Shown: positions 10,813 through 22,500 of the stretch, piece after piece
How positions within the stretch are numbered: position 1 is the first letter of the stretch
Layout: each line of letters opens with the position of its first letter
Assembly (NCBI GenBank): GCA_050084985.1
Contig: JBITNC010000001.1
Location: 170,376,001-170,440,000, forward strand
DNA length: 64,000 bases
Reading direction: 5' to 3'
Source: Nageia nagi
Taxonomy: Eukaryota; Plantae; Pinophyta
Translations under genes and position numbers: made by a program
Notes under the pieces: generated by a model
Told to the model about the DNA's origin: nothing
Databases searched by the model: none
Seen by the model: only the letters and a program-made list of their open reading frames with translations

Positions 10813-13800
10813 TGTGTGCATGTTGATATTTGTTGAATATATTTTGATTTTTTTTCTTGGACATAGTATGTACAAAGATGACATAAGTTTGAGCGGTGTT
10901 AGGACCACAAGGAGGTGGACGACTCTCCCAATGTGATGTGAAGGGGGTCAAATGCCTAAATGTGAATAACATGGTTTATCATCATTTGATTGTGTAGAAT
11001 GTGTGGATATGCTTAATGCATGGGACAGTGATGGATGAGGTATATATCCAACTCAAATCGTCCATCATCTATGAAATCTTGAAAGACATGCTTTAATTGA
11101 TGGCATTGATCAGTATCATGCCCTAGTTGATGATAAACACAATATTCATGCTCATTGTACTTTCTTGACTCAGCATGAGATTGCTTTCTCTCAAGTAACG
11201 TGATCCACTATTTATCATATAACTGTTGAAAAATTTATGATATGGGAACTAGCAATGGTGTAAATTGTATATTCTCATCATTTTGTTTTTGTTCTAAAGC
11301 ATGGGTGCTTTGGTTCCCCAAGATTGATAGGATGTGACATTAGAGATCCTCCCTTAAGTGTTGGACATAGAAGCCTAGTGTTAGAGACGAGCAAGCATTG
11401 AGGACTCCATAGAGGCTTAGGTGGAAAATGTACTAGTGTGCACATAGATCTCTTTTTCTTGTTCTCTATATTGTGACAATGACCAAAGACAAACCAATCA
11501 CTAAAGTTATAAATGAACTTGCTTATAGAGAGCTTATTTGTGAGGCATTGAATTGTTCCATGTTCCATTTTATTAATGGAAAGAGTAAAACCATGAAGAC
11601 TGAGTGTGATTTCATTCATGAATGTGAAATCTTGCAGTATGTGTGGCACATGGAAAGGCCATGAAAGATAGATCATATTGACCCACTCAGGCTTTACGTT
11701 TTCTTTCATCATATAATTGACCCTCATCTTAATAAGATATCATTCCCCTGTAGTTTTATATCCAAAGCACATATATGACATTGGGAAACATATCTTTCAG
11801 TGATCATATTCTGAATCTCAACTACCATACCAGAGAGACATCTTATTGCCATTGATTTGCATTAGAGAAAAAGATGGTCCCCCAAATATCGAGGGTGATA
11901 GGAGGAAAAGCAAAGTTTGTTCAATTGAATTTGAATAGACCCCCTTGTAAACCATTCTTTCTCAGTCTGTATCAGGGATATGTTAAACAAACAAGTAGAA
12001 ACTAAAATGTTAGACTCAACCATCTTAGGTTGTTCTAATGATTGCATCTTCCAATTTCATAACTTCACAATGATGCCCCTATCAAACATGACCTTCATAA
12101 CCCAAACATGTATTATCCTTAGGCATTTGATAATAACGGCTTGTGTTGGGTGGCCAACGTGGTAATAATGGTATGCACAACAAGCTAGAATGAGGAGTAA
12201 CTAGCATAGATAACTAGTGAGACCAAGGGGGTACGCTCTCCAATAAAATGACATGAAACCAACATGATTTGAGATGGTCCCTCGAAGAAGATGGATGGTG
12301 ATTTCCCTTTTGGCTTTGGCACAACTCCCTAGTACTGACGACCATTAATGGATTGGTTGATTTTGATTGCAACCCATAAGGATGGGTGATTTATTAGCCT
12401 TAAGTGATGTTGATGATATCCTAGCAACGATTGATAATAATGTAAACCAAGGTTCCACAAGGCATTGGGAACGAGGGAATGGGGAATTTATCTAATTTCA
12501 TTGGGAAACAAGGGAATGTGGGAACGTGTTCCCAAGTACAAAGAATGCCTCCTCCAAGGGCGGGGGGGGGAACACGTTCTTGTGGAACCCTAATGTAAAC
12601 CCATAAGATTTACACACTAAGATTAGGTCACAAGAAAGACTCATCATCAAGATTGAACTTTGCAAAAATGTGATCATGTAACCAGATGCAAGGGGTTTCA
12701 TTTAGATAAGGACATTCATTTGAAAATGATGATTTACCTTCAACTAATTCACATGTGGGTTGCTTTGCATCAGAGTTGCATTCACATGGTCAAAATTGAT
12801 AACTTCCATATCAGACAATGTTGAATATGAATGCTCAATATTCTTCTTTCTTTCATCTTGTTGTTTATGAGGCAAAAAGATGTCTAAGTTTGGTTGATGT
12901 GTTGGGTCACAGATAGGGGGAACATTAGAGATAATATCAGTCGCTTCAAACTCCCTCAATCTTAAACTAGTCGAATGGACTTGCATACGTAAATTGCTAA
13001 AAGGATCATCGACATTATGGACATATGGATAAGATGACTGAGAAGTTGTAGGTTGATATAGGATGGTTAAACATGCAATTTCTGCTCTATAAGATCATCA
13101 AATAGGATATTAGAGTTTTTAGAGGTATTTACCTCTTCTTTCAAAAAGGTATCAACTTGAACAAGAAGCGATGGATTGTCACCCAATAATTGAGACTCCT
13201 CATGATTGATAGGCAACATAAGAGATGTTGAGAGGGTAACATTGGGATTGATGATGATTTTGGTATTGTGGGTCTCCTAGCACGAATATCCAATAACATG
13301 GTTGTAGATATAACTTCATACATGACATGCGAACTTTCATACTTAATGGGTGATGAAGTAGGATCCCCAATGGATGAAGGCAATTAATATGTAGCAAGAG
13401 ATTGTTCTACTTCATATGGTGTAATCTTTGTGTCAATACCTTGAGTTCTTGTGATTTTATATAAATTTGATTTCTTGGCAAAGACACGAGAGCTTTGTTC
13501 TTTGACAATCTTTATGATTGAAGTTTGTTGGGGAGACTCTCGCATGAGAGTTAATCCATCATCATGAGTAATGCGATGAGAAGCATCTAGCCTATTAGTC
13601 GCATGTGTATCAGGTGTCATAGATTGAGAAGATTTCTCAATTTGATCCGTGTGATAAGATTTCTCACAAGATATAAGGGCTGATCGATATTCACAAGGAG
13701 ACATAGAATGCCTCGCGTACTTTGAATTACGATGACTATCATGATCATGAGTAATTTGTGGAACAATAGGACTAGGCTTACCATGATCCATGATTGCTGG

Positions 13801-15344
13801 TTGCGAGGTATGGTTAGATGAATCTCGGGATTTTTCATCTCGTTGTTGATAGCTCTTCGAAGATGTAGATTTTCTATAATATAGCTCTTGTTTAGAGGAA
13901 TATTCTTGATATCTCTCCTTTTGTGACTCATAATTTCTCTTATCATACTTTATATCATCTTTTTTATCATCTTGTCGCTCAAGATTAGAAGAAGAATGGT
14001 TTTGGTCATATCTAGAAGAAGTATGTCCATAAGACCTATAATATCATTCATGATAAGGATAACTCTCATATCTATTATCTAGTCATTCACGTAAATGAGA
14101 GTCAAGAAGATAAAATTGATGATTCTTGGGGGAAGGAGATTCATATCTTTTATGATTTTATTGATCCTGAAATTGTTCGTAGCGTGGAGTACTTTGTCTA
14201 GAAGATTGGTTATGATGTGGGAACACATAACATTCTTCATCATACTAGCAATGAGAACGGCTAGACTGTAGTAAAGTAGGACTCAACTAATGAACCCTTT
14301 GACTACAAGTTTGAACAATGTTAACCCAAGGATCAAGATCCATGGTTAACAAGAATAAACAATTGTTTCAAAGGTTTAAGAGTACTTTTTTGACTACACA
14401 ACCTTTACATTAAGATTGCTAATAGGTGAATCATGTAAACAAATATGCTTGGTTGATTTGCTCAATTGGCATTTATCCCTAATGTAAACAAATTTATCCT
14501 AGCAATTTTTTATTAATACTAACCACATGAAATGCATGCTTTCAATACTAAAGGTATGCTCTTTTTTATTTTAAATCATGCCTATTATGAACCTACTTCG
14601 ATATCCAAGCTTTTGTTGATATTTTTTTGTTGTTTGTCTTCTTTTTTCATGATCAAATTTTGCTTCCCTTATGGTTTTGCTTGCAACACATGAAAATTGA
14701 CAAAGACCAGCAATATGCAATCTTAATTACAAAAATGACATAGCTTGAAAAATAAGCCAAAAATAAAATCAAGCCCAAGACATAAAACAAATAATATATG
14801 AGTAACCAATTTCAAGAAGCCAACAGTTCAAACAGTTCATAAAACGGAGCCTCAGAACTCAAGTTATGCAATTAATTATATTAATTAAAATGATTAATAC
14901 AATTAAAATTAAAATTGCAGCTTGAAAAACTAGCTTTTGTATGAAGTTCAAAGACCCAAAGTATGTCGTTCAAACACTCCTTTCGAAGGTCCTAGAATTA
15001 GGATCACAATGGAACAGACAAAATAAAAAAGGGAGGTCAAGTTTTAAAGTAATGGATGAAACTGTTCCGGAGACCTCAAATTGCCAATTTAATTGTTTTT
15101 TTCAAAAAACGACCTGGACTGGCTGACAGATTTCAAAATTGAAATTGGTAGGTTAAACACAAGATGAGGGTATCATCTAACCACTCGTTTCGACCGACAC
15201 GAAACAACGATTGTAGTGGATCTGACGGATTGAAAATCAGATGCAAAAGTTATCGCAAAAAGGACTGTCTTCTGAGGGGCTGTAAAATATGATGAAAATC
15301 CAATCTTGCTAAGAGGTTATGATCATCCGTTGATTATGTTTTTA

Positions 15345-15350
15345 CACGTG
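15345..15350. promoter_or_regulatory. G-box (CACGTG, in ACACGTGGC context) just upstream of mini-PPR copy B
   Basis: Exact motif ~35 bp before the PPR-homologous sequence starts, in a CpG-retaining stretch. A single short motif, so weak evidence. Confidence 0.25.
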
Positions 15351-15381
15351 GCTCAACTCCTCCTGATTTGTATCCCAGCAA

Positions 15382-16400
15382 TGTTCATCAATGGGCCAGC
15401 TCCTTCGCTCACTCATTAATCGCATTGGACTTAAAATTGACATGTACAGTAACAAAGTTTTGCAAAACAGATTTATTCATATGTATCTTTTCCAACTGTA
15501 TGACTGAACAAGATGTTCTCTCAGATTATAACAATTTGAGGTTACCAAAGACATGGTTGTCAACAACAGATATTAACACTGATTCACCAAATCTAAGGAA
15601 TAGCAGCAGTAGTCCATCCAGATCAATTTGTGTTTCTCAGTGTCCTCAAAGCACGCATAAAACTGGGAGATTTGCAACAGGGTTTTTGCATACATCAAAG
15701 ACTCTTTAAAAGCGGATTTCTGTAAAATATTGAAGTTGTGAGTGCCCTGGTAGACATGTACGCAAAGTCTGGAAGCATAGAGAAGGCGTGAAAATAATTT
15801 AACATAATACCTTGTGAATATGCAGCTTCATGGATTGCAATGATTGCAGGATATGCACAAAATGGATTTCCTGAAAAGGCCCTAGAGACTTTAAAGCATA
15901 TGCAATTGTTAGACGTAAGCCAAATTCTATAAACTTTGCCAGTATACTTCCAGCATGTGCCACAATGAGAGCGTTAACAGAAGGTAGGGATAGCCATAAA
16001 AGATTAGTTAAAAATGGTTTTGCATCAAATGTTGCGGTTGTGAAGGCTGTAAATACTTTAATAGCACGAGTGACTCTTATTGTATTATTCCTGGGATGAA
16101 TCATTCATTATACGTGCAACGTTGACCTTCATGGAAGTACAGGCTATCTTGAGGAAGCTCTGAACTACATTGCCAAGATGCACATAAAACCTAAACTGCG
16201 TGTGTGGGTGTGTCTTCTTGGTGCTTCTAGATCATATTTAAGCTAAAGTGGTCAGCTGAAATGATGTTCAAAGACTAAGGGCATTGATGAAAGATATAAG
16301 AATCAAGTTGACAAATGGGTACATGCTTTTCTTGTAGGAGACACATCACCAAACACGAGATCTATGAAAAATTGGACAAATTGTCGAGTGAGATGAAGCA
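15382..16400 (+). pseudogene. Condensed mini-PPR (PLS-E/E+) pseudogene, copy B
   Basis: Collinear motifs VLQNRFIHMY, VHPDQFVFLSVLKA, VVSALVDMYAKSGSIEKA, SWIAMIAGYAQNGFPEKALET, KPNSINFASILPACATMRAL, EGCKYFNSTSDSY, GYLEEALNYIAKMHIKP, VWVCLLGA, VHAFLVGD. At least three internal deletions (~16042, ~16235, ~16307), plus stops and frameshifts. Confidence 0.9.
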
Positions 16401-17057
16401 TTAATCAATGCAAGTGTTTCCATATTGGTAATTGAAGCATAAGAGTGTTAAGTTCCTTGAAATTCATGTACACTGTTCCATTTCATGGCCTGAGTTGTTT
16501 GGATCTCAACACGTATAACTTATGATTTCTTACAATAAATCCCAGCAGCTTCTCCATCTTAGCTTAATGACTACATTTTACAATCTCATTACTGCTTTCT
16601 GGCTATATCATTCCAGTGTTAACAAAGGAAAAGGGAAAATTACAGTATGTAATGCAGCTATGTTTTTCTATAAGATTCTGGTTAAAATCCTTACTCTTGA
16701 CATCTAGTGAGATAACTCTGCTATTTTCTGTCAAACGCCAAAGACTCAGGCTATTAGACATATGGCAACTAACAAAGCAGGAGCTCAAGATCTGTGTCAC
16801 CTACTAGCATTGGTGTAATGAGAAAATTATGCAGTTACCTTTGAACAGAGGAAATGTAAAGACAAATACAGATACGGTGAGAAGATAGCACCATGCGCTT
16901 GTATTAGAGGTTCATTTACCATACTGTCCCATGATTAGAGAATGTGGAGGCTAGTTACCATACTGCACTCAAACCACATTAATAATTTGTTATTGAAACA
17001 TTGGATGAACTCCCTAATATCCAGTCCTCCCACACAGAAATGATTAATTCTGCTTGA
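16398..17057. repeat. Duplicated non-coding module, copy B
   Basis: Near-identical to 728-1390. Confidence 0.92.
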
Positions 17058-19500
17058 GATCAAGTTCAATTCTGAAAAGACAGGGGGTTTCATTGCTATC
17101 TTCCTTTTGAAAGATTGAAGAGGGTTAGTCATTTCTCGAAGCTAGATAAACATGTCTATGACTTTAAGAAAAAATTTCCACACAAGACTTGTAATATTGA
17201 CATTCAAAAAGGTTTTCCCGTTTTCTATAGACACTTTTTAAGGCATTTGTGATTGTTGAGCCAAGGACTTTGCCTAACAAGTGTGACATTCATTGCAGCA
17301 AAATATGGTGTTGAGAGGTATTTCACATCATAATTTGCAACAGACTTAAGCTTTTTGATGGTGCCACTTTATTATCAAACTTGAGAGTATATGTTATTAT
17401 TTGATTTATAGGATTTTCCAGTTAATTTACAAGAAGCAAGCTGTTTTCATGCTGATTCTTTAACAAACAACTGTTGTATTGGAAATATCCTTCCTTAAAT
17501 ACTTACTTTGGATTGAACTTCTTGTGAAAGGTAAACTATGGTAAGCTGTTCTCCAATCAAAACAATTGAAACCATGTCATTGCAAGCTAGCCAACATAGG
17601 ATAATAAGAGTATAATTTCAATTATTAGGATTTGGTGTATGTTGAAATTGTTCTTTGGTAGTCTTTTTCTCATTTCTAAGCAAAGTCATACACTATCAAA
17701 TTGTTCCCTATTTCATGTATGCTTCTACCTATATTAGACTAGCCAAAGAACAGAATGCCCATAGTACTAGAGCAACAAGAATTCATGTCCAACAATACAG
17801 AGCAGGTAGAACAATTATAAATACAGTGGAAAATCATACAACCTTCTCTGTCTCATTTCTTTAACATATTTATATTGTTATAGATTTATTACATCATTGT
17901 AAAATAATAAAATCAATATTAGGTGAGTGGTTAGAACCACTCAAGTAGGTAGGAATTGTGTGAGTTGTTTGTATTTATTTGTAGGTGTATTGTGAAGTGT
18001 TAGCATGGAGCTAGAAGACAAACCGTGTTGTTTGTGCTCAACAAACTATTTTTCGTATAAATATGCATGTATAGCATAATGAATATATTGCATTATAAAT
18101 TCTTACAGATGCACTTTTCAGTTATACATTTGTTCTTCCTAGCTATTTCAAAGCCTTTTGGAAGGACGTCTGTGGGGATTATGGTTGTGTTTTCACTTTC
18201 AAAGCCTTCCTACGTCTCTTCACTAGATTACAAACCAGTCAGATGTTTATTCCAAAAAGATGATTTCCCATCCATAACTGCAACAAAAGATTTTACATTA
18301 CCTTTCCCTAAGAGGGGTGTTGTTATCACATATTGGCACTCTTGCATCTGGATCTTGAGGTCATAGTTGTGCACCATGTGTTTGAAGTTTCTTACATCAA
18401 ACATAAGCTAGATAAAGAGGTTAGGTACAATGTCTACATATTCTCAATCTAAATAGGCTATCATGTAAGCTGATGGGTGCTGAGTTGGTTAGAAGAGATT
18501 ATAAGTTAACATTTTCGTGTTCAAAACTATGACGTGGTTTTCTCTTTTGAACCATAATGAAATGACGACCAATACACAACAAAGAAGTTCTTTAATTCTC
18601 AGATGTTAATTTTTATATTAATGGAAAAATTTACTTTGAAGCATGATACCAAAAGGTTCCCAAGAAGGAAGAGATTTATTAGATAGATACACCCCATTTC
18701 ACATGAAAAATTGCCTTGTAATAGTTTGTGCAAATGCTCGAACTTCCTTTTTAAGTGTCTGAACAACTTGAAAGAATACATTCAAATCAACAATACCAAC
18801 AATAGGAATCCACTTTAACATTCAAATCAACAATACCAACAATAGGATTCCATCCTAGCAATCTTAGTATTTGACAAATAATGAAATATTATACATCTGA
18901 AGCAATTCATACGTACTAGGCAATCCCTTTCCACACAAAAACAGCTATACATCTCATACCAGTAAAAATAGTATTAAGGCCGGACATCCACCATCATCAA
19001 CATCATGTTCCCATCTATACCTGTGTTGATCAAAAAAATGGATACAGAAATATCAATTAATGACAATAACAAAGGAAAGTGAAACATATATATACAGAGA
19101 GACATGCCTCATCATACCATTATCCACACGATAGTGATGACTGATAGGGACAAGAATTTCCCTGATGCAACGAATAAGCTTCATGATAGTGAAAAATGTT
19201 GGCCGTGGCTTCTACACTCTACACAAAACTGCATTCGGCTCTCAAAACCTTCATATTTCCCTCAAATCTCCCAGATTTCATGTGGCCCAGAACAGGGTAT
19301 CCACCAAAGCCCTAAACGAATGCAAATACGCTGTGAGGAAATGTATAAATAGAGAAAATGTATATAAGCTGATTATGAAATACCAATACTTACAGCAACG
19401 GCTACAAGGGTTCGGGGAGAGCCATTGAAGATGCTCCCAAACGGTAACCTGATGTCGGTCACCTCTGCCCATCAACGGCTAGAAAAGCGAAGATCATGCC
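16420..19500 (-). ncRNA. Putative multi-exon antisense lncRNA B (convergent on mini-PPR copy B)
   Basis: Consistent minus-strand GT-AG introns: 19393-19331 (GTAAGT..cacag), 19117-19021 (GTATGA..U-rich..acacag), 18959-18278 (GTATGA..ttttgttgcag), 18106-17072 (GTAAGA..cttttcag), 16958 or 16919 to 16839. CpG-rich first exon; only short ORFs. Confidence 0.5.
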
Positions 19501-19504
19501 TAAA

Positions 19505-22500
19505 GACATACAACCCCATTCTCTGTTTTAGAGGGACATGTTATTTATTTTAGAAGGACATGCTGTTGTAGTATAATATCCCCTACTCAAACTACGGTAA
19601 TCATTCAAATAAGGGATATTTTTGGAATGATCTATTTTCCAATGAGATAAAATAGAGGAAGTGACTTCCCAAATCCATGGAGTCCTCCATACAGCGAAGG
19701 GGTCTTTATTGTATATTATACTGCCTTTATTTAATATTTAATTGGTTAAATAATTAGTTACTTTTTTTTTCCACAAATATATGAAAATAAGTAATTTTCA
19801 TATTAATTATAAAAAAGAAAAGTAAAATTAACATTTAACATCTTTTAAATTTATTCATGGTTTCAAGGATTTATCAAGAGTGTTTAAATATTATTAATAT
19901 TAGGAGGTGGAAATTGAACTTAGGACTTTCAATGTGGATACTTTCACACCTTACTTATCTTCAAACTCTCCTAATAAGAAGTGATAGATAATATTTGCAA
20001 GGATTCTCTTCATATTTCAAGCTTAAGGAGAGCAATGAGGAAATCCAGTAACCATTGAATTACAAATGTGATTTTTATATCATTACAATCCTAAGATACG
20101 ACATGTGAAGAATCTTGGGAGAACCTATGTAGTTTATGTTGCAATCTAATATTAGAGTACCATTTAATAATATCCTCTTTCTTTTTTTATGTTGCCCTTG
20201 TTCATAAAAAATAATAATAATAATTAAAAAATTTAAGGACATAACTTTTGAGTCTAGTTTGTAGAACGGTCGATTCCCTCAACTTCTATGTAATTATTTT
20301 CACAACTTCTTCAACAATTAAGAACCCCTGCCAAGTTATAAAAGGGAGTATATATTTCAATTTATTAATGATTATTCTACTCAAACAACCTTCAAACTTC
20401 CCAAATGATTTCAGAAAGAACTCCAAAAACTTTATCTTATTAAATGTAACTATGCAACTCTTTGCCTACCATACGATGGCATACAATTTATGCTTATGTA
20501 CATGAATGCAAAAGTCTAGGTCAAACTATTGGGTTGTTAGGTCACCTTCTAGGTCTTCATTCAATTTATTCTCTATATAGTGGTTTACTACATAATTTTT
20601 GCTACACTAGTGTATTGTATAATTTTGGTATGCTAGCATACAATATTTAAGGATAAATTACTTTAAATATCACTCAAACATAAGAATCCTCAAAATCTTC
20701 ACTCCAATGATACCTAATATATATTATCTAGTCCATTTTAGATCTCACCTCCCTAATGAGGAGGCATTTGATCTTCAAATAATTGGAGAAAATAATATTA
20801 ATATATTAAAATAATGGCCCCCTAAGTATCTCCATACCATCCCTCTCCCTATAGTTGATATACTAAAACAATCCATAAATTCCATGGTACAAATCCTCAA
20901 CAAGGTATGCATGGTAAATAGTATCCTCCATAACCTTGTACTCTCGTTTTGTTTTCTGCCTTCTTCTTCTTCTTGTGATGAAAAGCTTTCTTCACCTTAA
21001 ACTTCTTCACCAAATTTTGATCACATTATTTCTGAATTGGTGACTTCTTACCCTCTTGGTTCTTTACTATGTAAATGTTAGCTTTCTAGAAGCATAATCA
21101 ATCTTTTCATTTATCTCTCTTTGGTAACATGATTTCCACTTTTTCTCACATGAGACCTTACGATGAATTATCTACCATTCTTAATAAGGTGGTACTTATT
21201 CTCCTTTATATAATAAAAACCATCCTTAAAAATATATAAGGACTTCTTACTAGTATTCTAGCAACATCAAGAGCTACAACATCTATTTCGGCCTCATCAA
21301 TGAAATCAAGATTAATGTAAAACCTCATACTACATTGGTATGTGACTTGCATCTTATCTTACTATTCATCCTTGTAAATGGATAAGGATGTAAATAAGGA
21401 TGAGTCAACGATCCAAATTTTTGCATCGAGTCCTTTGAAATCACATTCACTTGAGAATCAAGATAAATAATAATAACATCAATCTTGGTATTTTTTACTT
21501 GGAATTTGATGTACAATAGCTGAACCTTTTTCTTCTCCTAGTCACCCTCTACAAATGAGCATCTCATGGCCATATAATTGAGCCTCTCTTAAACATTCAA
21601 GTTTTTATCAATTTCCTCCTAAATATCTCTTTTCCCATACATTCATGCATTATGAAGACTTGGCACACTATTTTTATTCTCATCCTCTCCTTGAAAATTC
21701 TCTACTTTTTTCTTAAACCAATATTATATGACAAAGATAATTATGCAAATCTCTAACACACTTCAATAAAGTTGAAGGATTAAAAATCAATATTATATGA
21801 CAAAGATAATCATGCAAACCTCTAGTATACTTCAATAAAGTTTCTTGGGTTTTGTTGACACTTGATTTAAACCACCCTAGTATCTTTAATTAAGTATTTC
21901 ATTATGATGTTTTCCTTATATTAGACTACTTGAGCACTTTCTCATATAATATTGTCTATTATTATGCAAGATACGTTAGTGTCGATGCTAGCTTGTAGGC
22001 ATGCATTATGGGGGTTCTCTTGCATATATAAATATGAGCATGTTACATGGGAAAGCTATACATGGGAAAGCTAATGAATATTTTATCTCAATAGTTAGTA
22101 CCACCTATGATGTAGATATTTCCTAAGACCTACCACCTTTTGAGATTGGGATCTTGTTATCACTCAAATATTTTTTGCTCCATCTTTCGTAATTATATGT
22201 TGTATTAGGCTTATCACCATAGAATGCTATTAGATCTTTGACTTGCATATGAGTTTGTAACAACCCTAGTGTGGATGCTCTTCTGGGTGCAAATATGGAG
22301 GTTATCATGGACATTATCGCTAGTGGTAATGATAAGCTTTGATCTTAATTGAACTCTAAATGATGTATCTTAAGATCTCTCTTCTATCAATAAGTCCCTA
22401 TCTTCATATACATTTGGTCATCCAAATAACGTGATAGGTATTTATCTTTCTTGATCCCTTTCTCAATAGTGCATTACTCAACCTTAATATTGATATTCTA

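Larger units (their letters stand above)
6000..14700 (-). mobile_element. Degenerate Tat/Ogre-like Ty3/gypsy element, gag-only, carrying tandem arrays (borders uncertain)
   Basis: Gag zinc knuckle YCVYHQ-LGHDTDQCHQLKHVFQDFID (11061-11171, minus), gag-like ORF 11278-11727, and broken low-complexity ORFs at 12.5-14 kb. No RT or integrase found; LTRs not identified. Confidence 0.55.

Noticed and set aside
9992-10972. Overlapping ORFs up to 211 aa
   Set aside because: Artefact of a stop-free 37-bp minisatellite that cycles through all three frames.
17010-17036. miR482/2118-like target site (tgtgggaggactggata, minus; also ~1350-1370)
   Set aside because: Only the central TGGGAGGA matches; there are too many mismatches at miRNA positions 2-10.
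18778-18852. 40-bp direct duplication
   Set aside because: A simple local slippage duplication within a predicted intron.
19402-19423. miR395-like sequence ctacaagggttcggggagagc
   Set aside because: Several mismatches to miR395 and no long precursor stem.
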